Part shown: one piece after another, positions 39,820 to 50,051 of the stretch
How the letters are laid out: every line of letters starts with the position of its first letter
Numbering within the stretch: position 1 is the stretch's first letter
Assembly: GCA_963774695.1 (NCBI GenBank)
Contig: CAVZFY010000005.1
Span: 64,658 to 128,657, forward strand
Direction: 5' to 3'
Origin: an uncultured Chloroflexia bacterium
GTDB taxonomy: Bacteria; Chloroflexota; Limnocylindria; Limnocylindrales; CSP1-4
Length of the DNA: 64,000 nucleotides
The notes under the pieces: model-generated
Told to the model about the DNA's origin: nothing
The model's database searches: none
What the model saw: only the letters and a program-made list of their open reading frames with translations
Position numbers and translations under genes: made by a program

Positions 39820-40911
39820 TCAGGACAGGGTGCCGAGCACCCCGAGCGCGACGAGCGACGAGCTGATGGCCACGGCGACGCTGGCGAGCGTCCCGAGGAG
39901 GTAGTACTCCGCGAAGCCCCGGTCGTCGAGCTGCTTGAAGCGCGCGATGGTCTTCGCGGCGATGACGAACCCGACGGCGGCCTCGGCACCGGTGAGCATG
40001 AACGCGACGATCAGCAGTCGTTCCAGGGCACCGATGGTCGCCCCGATCCGGGCCGGTGCCCCGCTCGGCACCGCGACGTGCGTTGCGGGCCCCGCGGCTG
40101 CGGTCGCCGCCTCCGCCGCGGGGGTCGCCGTCGGGTGGTCCGCATCGGCATCGACGTCCGCCCCGGTCGCCGTGATCCCGGGGTCGATCGACGTGGGCGC
40201 GACGGTCGCCACGATGGGGCCGACGCGCACGGTGTACCCGGACGGCGCCGCCGGCGCGGGCTCGGGTGCGGGCTCCGGCACGACCGGCGTCCCGGGCAGC
40301 GGCGTGAGCTCGCGCGGCGAGACGAGCGCGAGCACGAAGTAGAAGGCCGCCCGCGTGTTGACGATCAGCAGCGAGACGATCACGAGCGTCGTCAGGATCA
40401 CGGCGTGGACGGTGGTCCGGTCCCAGTCGCGGAACAGCGCGTTGACGAAGTCCACGAACGCCGGCAGGAGCGATGCGCCCGCCAGGATCACCAGCCAGCC
40501 GACGATCGCGAACGTGAGGTGCAGGACCTGGTCGGCGAGGAACAGGATGCCGGGCCACGGGGTCCAGGCCGCGCCGAGACCGGACGCCGGGACCTGGCCG
40601 GTGCGCGCGATCCGTGCGCGTGCCTGCTCCTGCGCGACGACCTCGGCGTGACGGGTCGCCTTGACCTTCCAGCGGTCGACGACCATGTGGCTGCCGGTCA
40701 CCAGGACGAGATACAGGAGCCCGGGCCAGCCGAACGCGAAGACCGCGGGCGTGAGGCACAGCCCGACGTGGAACCCGTGCGCCGCGAGCGCTCGCCAGCC
40801 CTCGCGGCCGCCCGTCGCCTTGTTCATCGCGATCCAGTCGTTCTGGAGCACGAAGTCCGCGACGAGGTGCGCGAAGACCAGCCAGGTGAGGACGAGGACC
40901 GAGTCGGTCAC
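39820..40911 (-). CDS. DUF3307-type integral membrane protein with Pro/Ala-rich insertion
   Basis: GTG 40911 is in frame inside ORF 39820..41682 and overlaps a TGA of the neighbouring frame (GTGA). Motif AHLVADFVLQNDWIAMNK, several TM spans, a ~110-aa Pro/Ala/Thr-rich stretch, then IGALERLLIVAFMLTG...AKTIARFKQL...AEYYLLGTLASV. Confidence 0.6.
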   Translation of the reverse strand: MTDSVLVLTWLVFAHLVADFVLQNDWIAMNKATGGREGWRALAAHGFHVGLCLTPAVFAFGWPGLLYLVLVTGSHMVVDRWKVKATRHAEVVAQEQARARIARTGQVPASGLGAAWTPWPGILFLADQVLHLTFAIVGWLVILAGASLLPAFVDFVNALFRDWDRTTVHAVILTTLVIVSLLIVNTRAAFYFVLALVSPRELTPLPGTPVVPEPAPEPAPAAPSGYTVRVGPIVATVAPTSIDPGITATGADVDADADHPTATPAAEAATAAAGPATHVAVPSGAPARIGATIGALERLLIVAFMLTGAEAAVGFVIAAKTIARFKQLDDRGFAEYYLLGTLASVAVAISSSLVALGVLGTLS

Positions 40912-41682
40912 GGGGCGCTCGTGGCCGGGATGCCGGCACTGCCCGCGTCGTCGGCGCCCGTCCCGGCGTCGCCCGTCTCCGCGTCGCCCGTGTCCGATCG
41001 TCCGTCGATCGCCATCCGCCCGACGGGCGCCCTCGGCGAAGATCGAGGCCAGCGTCCGTGCGAGGCCCGCGAGATGACGAACCCGCGCCCGGTCCGCGAT
41101 GACCGAGACGGTGGCGCGGCTGACGCCCAGGTGGTCGGCGGCCTCGGAGCGGCGGAGCTCGTCGATGACGATGAGGCGCGCGACCTCGCGCTGGCGCGGC
41201 GTCAGGTCCGCGAGCAGTGCGGCCAGGAGCGGCCCGAGGTCGGCGAGGCGCTCGTCCGCCTCGGGGTCGCCGGTGATCGCGACGAGGCCGTCGCGGTGCG
41301 CGCGGGCCCGCGCGATCGATTCGCGGGCGACGAGGAAGGCACGGCCGGTCCGTTCGATGGCGGGTCCGGTGCCCGGATCGATCTCGCCCGCCACCACCGC
41401 CCAGCGCAGCTCGCGCGCGTCGGGGTTCAGGGCCGCGAGGAGGACCGCGCGGAACGGGTCGGCGTCCGGCGCCAGCAGGCCCTGGAGCTCGTCGCCCTGC
41501 GTGAACGCGAAGGAGGCGAGGCGAGCCTCGCGCGGGTAGGCCGTCTCGAGCTCGGCGCACAGCGATCGCAGCCACGGCGTCGAGTCGGGGTCGTGCCGCG
41601 AATCGACGACGTCGCCGAACAGGACGGTCCCGGCGAACGAGGCAGCCATTCGCCCGAGCCTACTCGATGTGCTATTGGTCAT
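40908..41682 (-). pseudogene. SatD-like regulator (cyclase-like fold plus HTH) with probable frameshift before its C-terminal tail
   Basis: VLFGDVVDSR, FTQGDELQGLL, HTH-like LTPRQREVARLIVIDELRRSEAADHLGVSRATVS. The likely start is ATG 41649 (MAASFAG); ATG 41682 opens the ORF. After ...ASIFAEGA the main frame becomes Arg-rich with low GC3. The adjacent frame (APVGRMAIDGRSDTGDAETGDAGTG...ATSAP*) has high GC3 and stops at 40908. Shift at about 41025. Confidence 0.5.
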
Positions 41683-41713
41683 ATCCGGCTAATCGTGCCA
41701 CAGATAGCCGGAT
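41683..41713. promoter_or_regulatory. 9-bp inverted repeat ATCCGGCTA-n13-TAGCCGGAT upstream of the SatD-like gene
   Basis: Seen directly in a locally AT-richer stretch, 35-65 nt upstream of the probable start (41649). Operator role is inference only. Confidence 0.3.
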
Positions 41714-41774
41714 GCGGCTACTTCGTGAGGTGTCAATCAGCCGACAGTGGCGCGACGGCGCCCGGACGTCGCGG

Positions 41775-43301
41775 TCAGGCGCGCGCGGCAGGCCCCGGGA
41801 TGAACCCGTCCAGCACGCCCTGGAGCGCGTCGACGTGGGTCCGCGTCGCGAAGTCCAGCAGCGGGTGGCCCGGGAGCGCGTGCTCCTCGAGCCGTCCGCC
41901 GCGGCGCACGTACACGACCGGGTACAGGTCGCCCGTGCCGTCGGCCTCGATCGTCATGACCACCACGTCCTGCGTCATCGCGTCGAGCGCGTGGACGACG
42001 GGCAGGATCCCCTCGTCGCGGATGCCGTCGTCCGCCGACACCGACAGCACCCGCCCGAGGTAGGCCTTCTGGTGCCACAGCTCGGGCGCGCAGGTCGCCT
42101 CGCGGAGCAGGTACGGCAGCACGTCCGACGGGGCGACGGACGGCCGCTCCATCGCGACGCCGAACCGCGTCTCGGCGATGTGGCGGGCGAGGACGAGCCC
42201 GTTGTACCGGTGTCCCTGGACGGCGCCGGAGTAGGACGGGATGCCGTGCTTCTTGAGGCCCGGCGCCGCCGAGCTGATCGTGCCGGCGAAGAAGATCCCG
42301 GGCACCGTCGCCGACTCCCACATCGGCGTCACGGACGGCAGCTTCGACTGGCCGAAGGTCGTGACCCCGAGGTCGGTGAGGTCCTGGAGCGGGCAGGTGA
42401 AGCCGGTCGCGGCGATCACCTCGTCGGCCTCGACGCTCATCGCCTCCCCGTTGTCCGTCCGCTTGAGGTTGACCCGGAAGGCGTCGCCGATGGGCTCGAT
42501 GCTGTCGGTCGAGGCGTCGAGGATGGACACCCCGAGCCCGAGGAAGTTGTCCTCGAACGGCTGCACGTACCGGGCGCGCACGCCGACCAGCGACTTGGTC
42601 TGGACCGACGTCTTCGCGGGCGACGGCGACGACACCGTGATCTTCGACGCCCATGACGACAGGCCCGACGCGAGCTCGAACCCGGAGTTCTGCTTGCCGA
42701 TGATGAACAGCCGCTTGCCCGCGTACGACGCGGCGTCGCGGGTCTGCGCGTAGTGGCGGGCGTGCTCGATGCCCGTCGACTCGGGGCTCCACGGCTCGGC
42801 GATCCCGACCGCCAGCACGAGGTTCCGGCAGCGGTACTCGCCATCCGTCGTCTCGAGCGTGAACACCGGCCCGTCCGGGCCGTCGTCACGGCGCGTGCGC
42901 TCCCAGCGGCAGTCGTAGCGCACGGCGATGCCCGCCTGATCCGCGAACGCGGCCAGGCTCGCCTCCATCTCCGGACGCGACGGGAAGTACGAGGAGCCGT
43001 CCATGTGCTGGGCCTGGAGCGACCGGAGCTCGGGCTCGAAGGCGATCAGGCTGTTCCAGTCGTAGCGCTGGTACTCCCGCGAGGTCAGGGCCTCGGGGGC
43101 GTAGGGCTTGGTCCACGACAGGAGGCGCTGGAAGAACGGCCAGCGGCGGAACATGCCGCCCGGCGACGGGTCGGCCGAGAGGACGGCGTGCGGCACCCCG
43201 TAGTGCTTGAGGCCGTACGAGATCTGCAGCCCACCGGGGCCGCTGCCGACGACGATGACCGGGTACTCCCCCGGCGGGAAGGGACGCGGGTCCGAGGCCA
43301 C
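41775..43301 (-). CDS. FAD/NAD(P)-binding oxidoreductase (flavin monooxygenase / pyridine-nucleotide-disulfide-oxidoreductase-like) with ~130-aa C-terminal extension
   Basis: Intact 508-aa ORF. GxGxxG VIVVGSGPGGLQ and a second dinucleotide motif LFIIGKQNSGFELA. ATG...IFFAGT near the end of the fold. Starts 4 nt after the cNMP-binding gene stop. Confidence 0.8.
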   Translation of the reverse strand: MASDPRPFPPGEYPVIVVGSGPGGLQISYGLKHYGVPHAVLSADPSPGGMFRRWPFFQRLLSWTKPYAPEALTSREYQRYDWNSLIAFEPELRSLQAQHMDGSSYFPSRPEMEASLAAFADQAGIAVRYDCRWERTRRDDGPDGPVFTLETTDGEYRCRNLVLAVGIAEPWSPESTGIEHARHYAQTRDAASYAGKRLFIIGKQNSGFELASGLSSWASKITVSSPSPAKTSVQTKSLVGVRARYVQPFEDNFLGLGVSILDASTDSIEPIGDAFRVNLKRTDNGEAMSVEADEVIAATGFTCPLQDLTDLGVTTFGQSKLPSVTPMWESATVPGIFFAGTISSAAPGLKKHGIPSYSGAVQGHRYNGLVLARHIAETRFGVAMERPSVAPSDVLPYLLREATCAPELWHQKAYLGRVLSVSADDGIRDEGILPVVHALDAMTQDVVVMTIEADGTGDLYPVVYVRRGGRLEEHALPGHPLLDFATRTHVDALQGVLDGFIPGPAARA

Positions 43302-43304
43302 GGA

Positions 43305-43727
43305 TCAGCTCCGCCAGCGGTTGGCGTTGCGCAGGCGGCGGGCCTGCGCCTGGAGCATCCGGTACATGACCTTGGGGTTGTCGACGAGGAAGCCCTCGAC
43401 GTTCGGGCCGGCGATCTGGATGCAGCGCAGCTGGGTCGACGCGACCACGTCGGCGGTCGGCGGCTCGCCGAGCAGGATCGACACCTCGCCGAAGAAGTCG
43501 CCGCGACCCAGCGACGCCCGCTTCTCGCCGTCGATGCGGACGTCGGCGGTGCCGTCGAGGATGACGAAGAACCCCGAGCCGGTCAGGCCCTGGCGGAGGA
43601 TGCGCTCGCCGGTCGGGAACATGACCTCGTCGAAGACGCCGGCGACGCCGAGCAGCTGCGGCGTCTGCAGGTCGCCGAAGAGGGTGAACCCCGCCAGGAT
43701 GTCCGCGATCTCCTCGCGCGTGGCCAT
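43305..43727 (-). CDS. Stand-alone cyclic-nucleotide-binding (CAP/CNB) domain protein
   Basis: ATG 43727 inside ORF 43305..44336, 140 aa. LFGDL..., GERILRQG..GSGFFVILDGTADV, GDFFGEVSILLGEPPTADVVA. The usual Arg of the phosphate-binding cassette appears replaced (PPTA). Confidence 0.8.
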   Translation of the reverse strand: MATREEIADILAGFTLFGDLQTPQLLGVAGVFDEVMFPTGERILRQGLTGSGFFVILDGTADVRIDGEKRASLGRGDFFGEVSILLGEPPTADVVASTQLRCIQIAGPNVEGFLVDNPKVMYRMLQAQARRLRNANRWRS

Positions 43728-43898
43728 GCGCCGTCGCCTCCGTCCATGCTGCGCGGCGCCTCGCCCCCTCGCGGCCGTCGCTGACCCTTCACGTCGAATG
43801 CTATGCCCTGCCGACCCAAGGCGCGTCCTCGCCCCGGTTCCGTTGACGCCGCGCTCGGCATCGGCGCACCATGACCTCCCCACCATCCCGGAGGACCG

Positions 43899-44327
43899 AT
43901 GACGCTGACCCAGGACCGGCGCACCGCGCTGATCGGCGGGTGCCCGCTGTTCCGCGGGATCGACGCGGCGGGGCTCGGCGCCATCGCGGGCGCGGCGATC
44001 GAGGTCGACTTCCCTGCCGAGCGCGTCATCGCCCGACAGGGCGAGATCGGGACGGGGTTCTTCGTGGTCGTCGACGGGATGGTCCGGGTGATCCGCGACG
44101 GGGCCGTCGTCGCCCGGCTCGGCCCGGGCGAGTTCTTCGGCGAGCTGTCGGTGCTCGACGGCGGGCCGCGCGTCGCGCAGGTGACGGCCGAGGTCCCGAC
44201 CCGCTGCCTGGCGCTCGCGTCGTGGGACTTCGAGCGCGTGCTTCGCGAGGAGCCCGGCATCGCGCTGGCGGTCCTGCGGGTGGTGGCCGGCCGCCTCCGC
44301 GAGATCACGGCGGACCACCGAACCTGA
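43899..44327 (+). CDS. Stand-alone cyclic-nucleotide-binding (CAP/CNB) domain protein
   Basis: ATG 43899 after GGAGGA, 142 aa. PLFRGID..., [45 protein letters not shown]. Divergent from the other CNB gene. Confidence 0.85.
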   Translation: MTLTQDRRTALIGGCPLFRGIDAAGLGAIAGAAIEVDFPAERVIARQGEIGTGFFVVVDGMVRVIRDGAVVARLGPGEFFGELSVLDGGPRVAQVTAEVPTRCLALASWDFERVLREEPGIALAVLRVVAGRLREITADHRT

Positions 44328-44350
44328 TCGACCCACCGCGAGGCTCGACC

Positions 44351-47116
44351 GTGGCCGCCATCGATCGCCCCACCGGCGACGTCACCTTCCTGTTCACCGA
44401 CATCGAGGGGTCGACCCGGCTCGTCGACGCGCTGGGCACGGCCGCCTGGCGCCCGATCCTCGCGCGCCATCGCGAGATCATCCGGGCCGCGCTCGCGGCG
44501 CACGACGGCGTTCGAGAACCAGGTCGAGGGCGACGGGTTCTTCGCGTCGTTCGCCGATCCGGCCGACGCGGTCGGCCTCGGTCGCCGAGATGCAGCGTGC
44601 GCTCGCCGCCGAGCCGTGGCCCGACGGGACGGCGATCCGGGTCCGGATGGGCCTCCACACCGGGCGTCGGCGAGCTCGACGGCGACGGCGCCTACGTCGG
44701 CCACGACGTCCATCGGGCGGCGCGGATCGGCGCGGCCGGCCACGGCGGCCAGGTCCTGCTGTCCGAGGCGACGGCCGCGCTGGTCGACGGACGGCTGCCG
44801 CCGGGCCTGACGCTCCGGTCGCTCGGCGCGCACCGGCTCAAGGACCTGCGGCCGGAACGGATCGCCCAGCTCGTGATCGACGGCCTGCCGTCCGACTTCC
44901 CGCCGATCCGGTCGCTCGACGCGCGCCCCAACAACCTGCCGACGGAGCTGACGTCGTTCGTCGGGCGGGAGACGCGAGCTCGACGAGGTGCGCGCCCTGC
45001 TCGCGAGCGACGCGGCTGCTGACCCTGACCGGGCCGGGCGGCACCGGCAAGACGCGGCTCGCGCTCCAGGTCGCCGCCAGCCTCGCCGACGAGTACCCGG
45101 ACGGCGTCTGGTTCGTGCCGCTGGGGATGGTCGACCGATACGGACCTCGTCGTTCCGGCGATCGCGCGCGCGATGGGCATCGGCGACGACCCGTCCCGCA
45201 GCCCGATCGACGTGCTGGCGACGGAGCTCGAGTCGAAGCAGGCCCTGCTCGTCCTCGACAACCTCGAGCAGGTGCGCGGCGGCCGGGCCGACATCGGCGA
45301 GCTGCTGCGCCGGCGGGCCGAGATCCGGATGCTTGCCACGAGCCGCGCGCCGCTGCGGATCTCCGGCGAGCAGGAGTACCCGGTCCCGGGACTCCCCTCC
45401 CCGCTCGACCTCGACCGGCTCGGGACCGCTCGAGCGCGAGCAGCTGCCCGCCGCGATCCGTTCGCACGAGCCCGACGCCCTCGCCGGCTTCGAGTCGGTC
45501 CGGCTGTTCGTCGCGCGCGGGAGCTCGGTCAAGCCGGGCTTCGCGGTCACCGACGCCAACGCGGGCGACGTCGCGGCGATCGTCGCCCACCTGGGCGGCG
45601 TGCCGCTCGCCATCGAGCTCGCCGCCGCGCGGATCCGGTTCCTGACGCCGGCGGCGATCCACGAGCGGCTCGAGGGCCGGCTCGACCTGCCCGGCGCCGG
45701 CGCGGCCGACGTCCCGGAGCGCCAGCGGTCGCTGCGCGGCGCGATCATGTGGAGCCACGAGCTGCTGGACGCGCCCGACCGCCGCCTGTTCGAGCGCCTG
45801 GCGCGTGTTCATCGGGCGGCTTCGACCTCGCGCGGGCGGAGGCGGTCGCCGGCACCGAGCGACCGGACCTCGGCGTCGACGTGCTCGACGGGCTCGCGTC
45901 GCTCGTGGACCAGAGCCTCGTCCGCAGCGACGAGGTCCTCGGCGAGCCGCGGTTCTCGATGCTCGAGCCGATCCGCGAGTACGCGTTCGAACGCCTCGAG
46001 GCCGCCGGATCGGTCGACGTCGTCGCCGAGCGGCACGCCCGCGCCTATCTCGCGCTCGCGGAGGAGCTGGCGCCCGAGCTCAGCGGCGACGGCCAGCGGG
46101 CCACGCTCGATCAGCTCGAGCTCGAGCACGCGAACCTGCGCGCCGCCATCGACTGGGCCGACGCCCGCGGCGACGCCGAGGTCGCGCTCGGGATCACGAT
46201 CGCCGTGTGGCGGTTCTGGCAGAAGCGCGGCTACCTGCGCGAGGCACGGATCGCTCGTCGCGGACGCTGATCGCGCGTCCGTGGTTCGCGATCGCGCCGC
46301 CGCGCGCTGCGCGCCAGGACGCACGAGGTGCTGGGCGGGATCATCTACTGGCACGGCGAGGTCGACGGCGCCCGCGCCGACTACGAGGCCGCCCTCGCGA
46401 TCTGGCGGGAAGTCGGCGACCGGCGCGAGATCGCCAACGCCGCTACAACCTGTCGTTCGTGTTCACGATGGGCGTGCTTCGAGGAGCTGCCCGCCCGACG
46501 CGCGGGCAGCGGGCCGACGCGCTGCTCGACGAGGCACTTGTCGATCTATCGCTCGCTGGGCGACGATCTCGGCGAGGCCAACGTGTACTGGGGAATCGGC
46601 GATCCAGCACTTCTTCGCGCGCGACGACGACGCAGCGGCGTCGGCATTCGAGTCGGCGCTCGCGCTCTACCGCAAGCTCGGGCGACCGGACGCAGGAGGC
46701 GTGGTCGCTGCACATGCTTGGGTCGGCGCGGCTCCGGCTCGGCCAGGTCGACGTCGCACGCGGGCAGCTGGCGGACGGGCTGCGGCTGTTCATGGCGGCG
46801 GGCGACGTGGCGGGCGTGACGCTCGGGCTCGACGACCTCGCGGCGATCGCCGTGAACGACGGCGACTTCGTGCGCGCGGCCCGGCTGTCGGGCCTCGCCC
46901 GACGCATCGAGGCCTCGTCGGGCACCGGCCTCGCGGGCGTCATCGAGAACGTGTTCGAGATGGCGACCCGCGCCGACAGCCGGCGATGCCATGCGGTCCG
47001 AGGACCTGGCGCGCTACGAGGCCGAGGGCGCGGCCTTGCCGATCAACGACGGCGTGCGGTACGCCCTCGGTGAGATCGAGATCGAGGCGGTCAGCGCCGT
47101 GAACGAGCCGGCGTGA
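44351..47116 (+). pseudogene. Class III adenylate/guanylate cyclase - STAND (AAA/NB-ARC-like) NTPase - TPR protein, copy 1 (about 16 apparent frameshifts)
   Basis: GTG 44351. Segments across three frames: [13 protein letters not shown] / [21 protein letters not shown] / [25 protein letters not shown] / [24 protein letters not shown]...[14 protein letters not shown] / [21 protein letters not shown] / [11 protein letters not shown]...[17 protein letters not shown] / VRLFVARG...[16 protein letters not shown] / ...TPR-like repeats. Ends with a TGA overlapping the next GTG (GTGA at 47113-47116). Confidence 0.8.
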
Positions 47117-49806
47117 CCCGGTCGTTGCCGAAGGGCGTGGTCACCTTCCTGTTCACGGACATCGAGGGCTCGACGCGCCTGCTCACCGAGGTCGGCGATG
47201 CGGCCTACTCGTGCCGCCTCGTCGCTGCACCGCTCGCTCGTCGAGGCTGCCGCGGCCGCCGAGCGGGGCGTGATCGTCAGCTACGAGGGCGACGCCGTGT
47301 TCGCGGCCTTCGCGTCCGCGCGGCGGAGCAGTTCGGGCGGCCGTGGAAGCGCAGCGCGCGATCGCGCGCCAGGCGTGGGATGGCGGCGACGTACGCGTCC
47401 GGATGGGCGTCCACACAGGCGAGGCACAGGTGGTCGCCGGCGACTACGTCGGGCTCGAGGTCCACCGCGCGGCCCGTGTCGGTGCGGCCGCCCACGGCGG
47501 CCAGGTCATCGTGACCGACGCGACGCGCATCCTGGCCGGCGAGCCGGGCGCCGACATCGGACTCCGCGACCTCGGCGAGCACCGCCTCAAGGACTTCGCG
47601 AGACCCGAGCGGCTGTACCAGGTCGAGGCGGCAGGCCTCGAGACGACCTTCCCCGCGCTCCGCACGCTCGACCTCACGCCGAACAACCTGCCGCCGCAGC
47701 TCACCACCTTCGTCGGCCGAGCGGAGGTCGACAAGGCGGTCACGCTGCTCGACCGGCACGCGCCTGCTCACGCTCACCGGGCCCGGCGGGACCGGCAAGA
47801 CACGACTCTCGCTGGCGCTCGCGAGCGACTGCGTCGAGCGCTACCCGGACGGCGCGTGGTTCGTGCCGCTGGCGCCGGTCACCGACGCGGAGCTGGTCGC
47901 CTCCGCGATCGCCGCGTCGCTCGGCCTGCTCGCGCCCCAGCGTCCCCCGATCGACCGGGTCAAGGAGCATCTCCGCGACCGCAGCGCGCTGCTCGTGCTC
48001 GACAACTTCGAGCAGGTCGTCGCCGGGGCGCCGGTGGTCGCCGACCTCCTGCGCTCGGCGCCCAAGCTGACGGTGATCGTGACCAGCCGCGCGCCGCTGC
48101 GCATCTCCGGCGAGCAGGAGTTCCCCGTCCCGCCGCTCTCCCTGCCCGTGCGCGGCAGCGACGACCCCGCGACGCTCATGGACTCCGAGGCGGTCCGGCT
48201 GTTCGTCGAGCGCGCGATGGCCGTGCGGCCGGACTTCATGCTCACGCCCTCGAACGGCGCGGCGGTCGCCGAGATCGTGCGCCGCCTCGACGGGCTGCCG
48301 CTGGCGATCGAGCTCGCGGCGGCGCGGATCCGGCTACTGTCGCCGGCCGCGATGGCGCAGCGCCTGGGCGACCGCCTGGACCTCGGCGCCGGCGGCGCGC
48401 GCGACCTGCCCGAGCGCCAGCAGACCCTGCGCGGGGCGATCGACTGGAGCCACGACCTGCTCGACCCCGAGGACCGGCGGCTGTTCGCGCGGCTCGGCGT
48501 GTTCGCGGGTGGCGGGCCGATCGAGATGGCGGACTCGGTGTGCGGGATCGACGGCGACGAGCGCCCGCTGGACGTGTTCGGGGGCATCGAGCGCCTGGCC
48601 GAGCAGAGCCTCCTCGCGATCGGCGAGGACACGCACGGCGACACGCGGTTCACCATGCTCGAGACGATCCGCGAGTACGCGCTCGAGAAGCTCGAGGAGC
48701 GCGGCGAGACCGGCGCGTTGCGCGAGCGGCACGCGACGGCGTTCCTGGCGTTCGCGGCGACGGCCGGCGAGCCCGGCGCAACCACCGAGGAGGCGTCGAA
48801 GGCGCAGGCGCTGCGCCTCGACCGCCTCGAGGACGAGCACGACAACCTCCGCACGGCGCTCGAGTTCCTGATCGCGACCGGCGACACGGAGCGGGCGTCG
48901 GCGCTCGCCTTCGCCCTGTGGCGCTTCTGGCACCAGCGCGGCCACATCGACGAGGCGCGCGCCCGCGTGGATCGCCTCCTCGCGATGCCGGGCTGGACCG
49001 ACGCGCCGACCGCGGCCCGGCTGCGTGCCCTCGAAGCGGCCGGCGGGCTGGCCTATTGGGCCGGCGACCTCACCGCCGCCGGACGCCACTACGAGGCGGC
49101 GATCGCGGTCGCGCGCGCGCTGGGGGACGACGCCGAGGTCGCCAACGCCCTCTACAACCACTACTTCGTCCGCCGTCCGGCCGCGAACGCCGAGGAGTGG
49201 ATCGAGCTGATGCGCGACGAGGACCGGTCGCTGCTCGACGAGGCGCTCGCGATCTGGACGCGCCTCGGCGATGAACAGGGCATGGGCAAGGCGATGTGGG
49301 GTCTCAGCGAGCACTACGCCTATCGTGGCCGGTACGACGAGGCCGAGGCCGAGGCGACGGGAGCGATCGAGATCTTCGGCCGCCTCGGCGACCCGTTCTG
49401 GACGTCGTGGTCCCGCTTCACCCGCGCCTTCGCCCGGACCATGCGACACGACTACCGCGGCGCGGCGACGGACCTGGGTCCCACGTTGCGCGAGTTCACG
49501 GCGATCAACGACCTGTCCGGGATCGCCCTGGTGATGATCGCGCTGTCGACCTCGCTCCTGCTCAGCGACCGGAGGGACGACGCGTATCGGATCGGCGGTG
49601 CCGGGCGCCGGCTGATCGCCGAGACGGGCAGCCACCTGGCGACGCTGTGGCCGGTGAACGACGTCCCGATGATCGACCTCGACACCACGGACCCGGAGCT
49701 CCTGGCGCTCCTCGCCGAGGGCGCGTCGTGGACACGAGCGGACGCCGTGGCGCGCGCACAGGCGCTGGCCACGACCGTCGCCGAGGACCCGCCCACCGGG
49801 TCCTGA
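47113..49806 (+). pseudogene. Class III adenylate/guanylate cyclase - STAND NTPase - TPR protein, copy 2 (three apparent frameshifts, all in the cyclase domain)
   Basis: GTG 47113: [16 protein letters not shown] / LHRSLVEAAAAAERGVIVSYEGDAVFAAFASA / AVRAAVEAQRAIARQAWDGGDVRVRMGVHTGEA...NNLPPQLTTFVGR. From about 47756 a single clean frame follows (ORF 47863..49806 and its upstream extension): [62 protein letters not shown]-like C-terminus. Shifts at about 47210, 47322 and 47756. Confidence 0.85.
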
Positions 49807-49816
49807 GCGGCGTAGG

Positions 49817-50026
49817 ATGGCCCGCGTGCACGCTGCGGATCGCCTGCCCGCCGCCCCGATCGGGACCCCGCTCCGGCTGATCGACCTCGATGGCCCCGAC
49901 GTCGAGCCCGAGGACCCCGCCGACCTCATGCTCACGTGCGCGAACTGCGGCGCTCGGATGGACGAACGCAAGTGCAAGCTGATCTGCCGCTGCGGCTACT
50001 TCCTGTCGTGCTCGGACTACTACTGA
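49817..50026 (+). CDS. Small Cys-rich (zinc-ribbon-like) protein, 69 aa
   Basis: ORF MARVHAADRL...LMLTCANCGARMDERKCKLICRCGYFLSCSDYY with six Cys in the last 30 aa. Starts 11 nt after the cyclase-STAND stop. I believe the C-terminal motif is conserved in high-GC Gram-positives, but this is from memory. Confidence 0.55.
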   Translation: MARVHAADRLPAAPIGTPLRLIDLDGPDVEPEDPADLMLTCANCGARMDERKCKLICRCGYFLSCSDYY

Positions 50027-50051
50027 TCCGGCCCGAGACCCCGTTCGCCGC

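Noticed and set aside
39820-41682. Taking the 620-aa ORF at face value as a SatD-DUF3307 fusion protein.
   Set aside because: The ~110-nt junction has poor GC3 and Arg-rich composition in that frame. The neighbouring frame is codon-typical and stops in a GTGA overlap with a good in-frame start. Two genes plus one indel is more parsimonious, but this is unproven.
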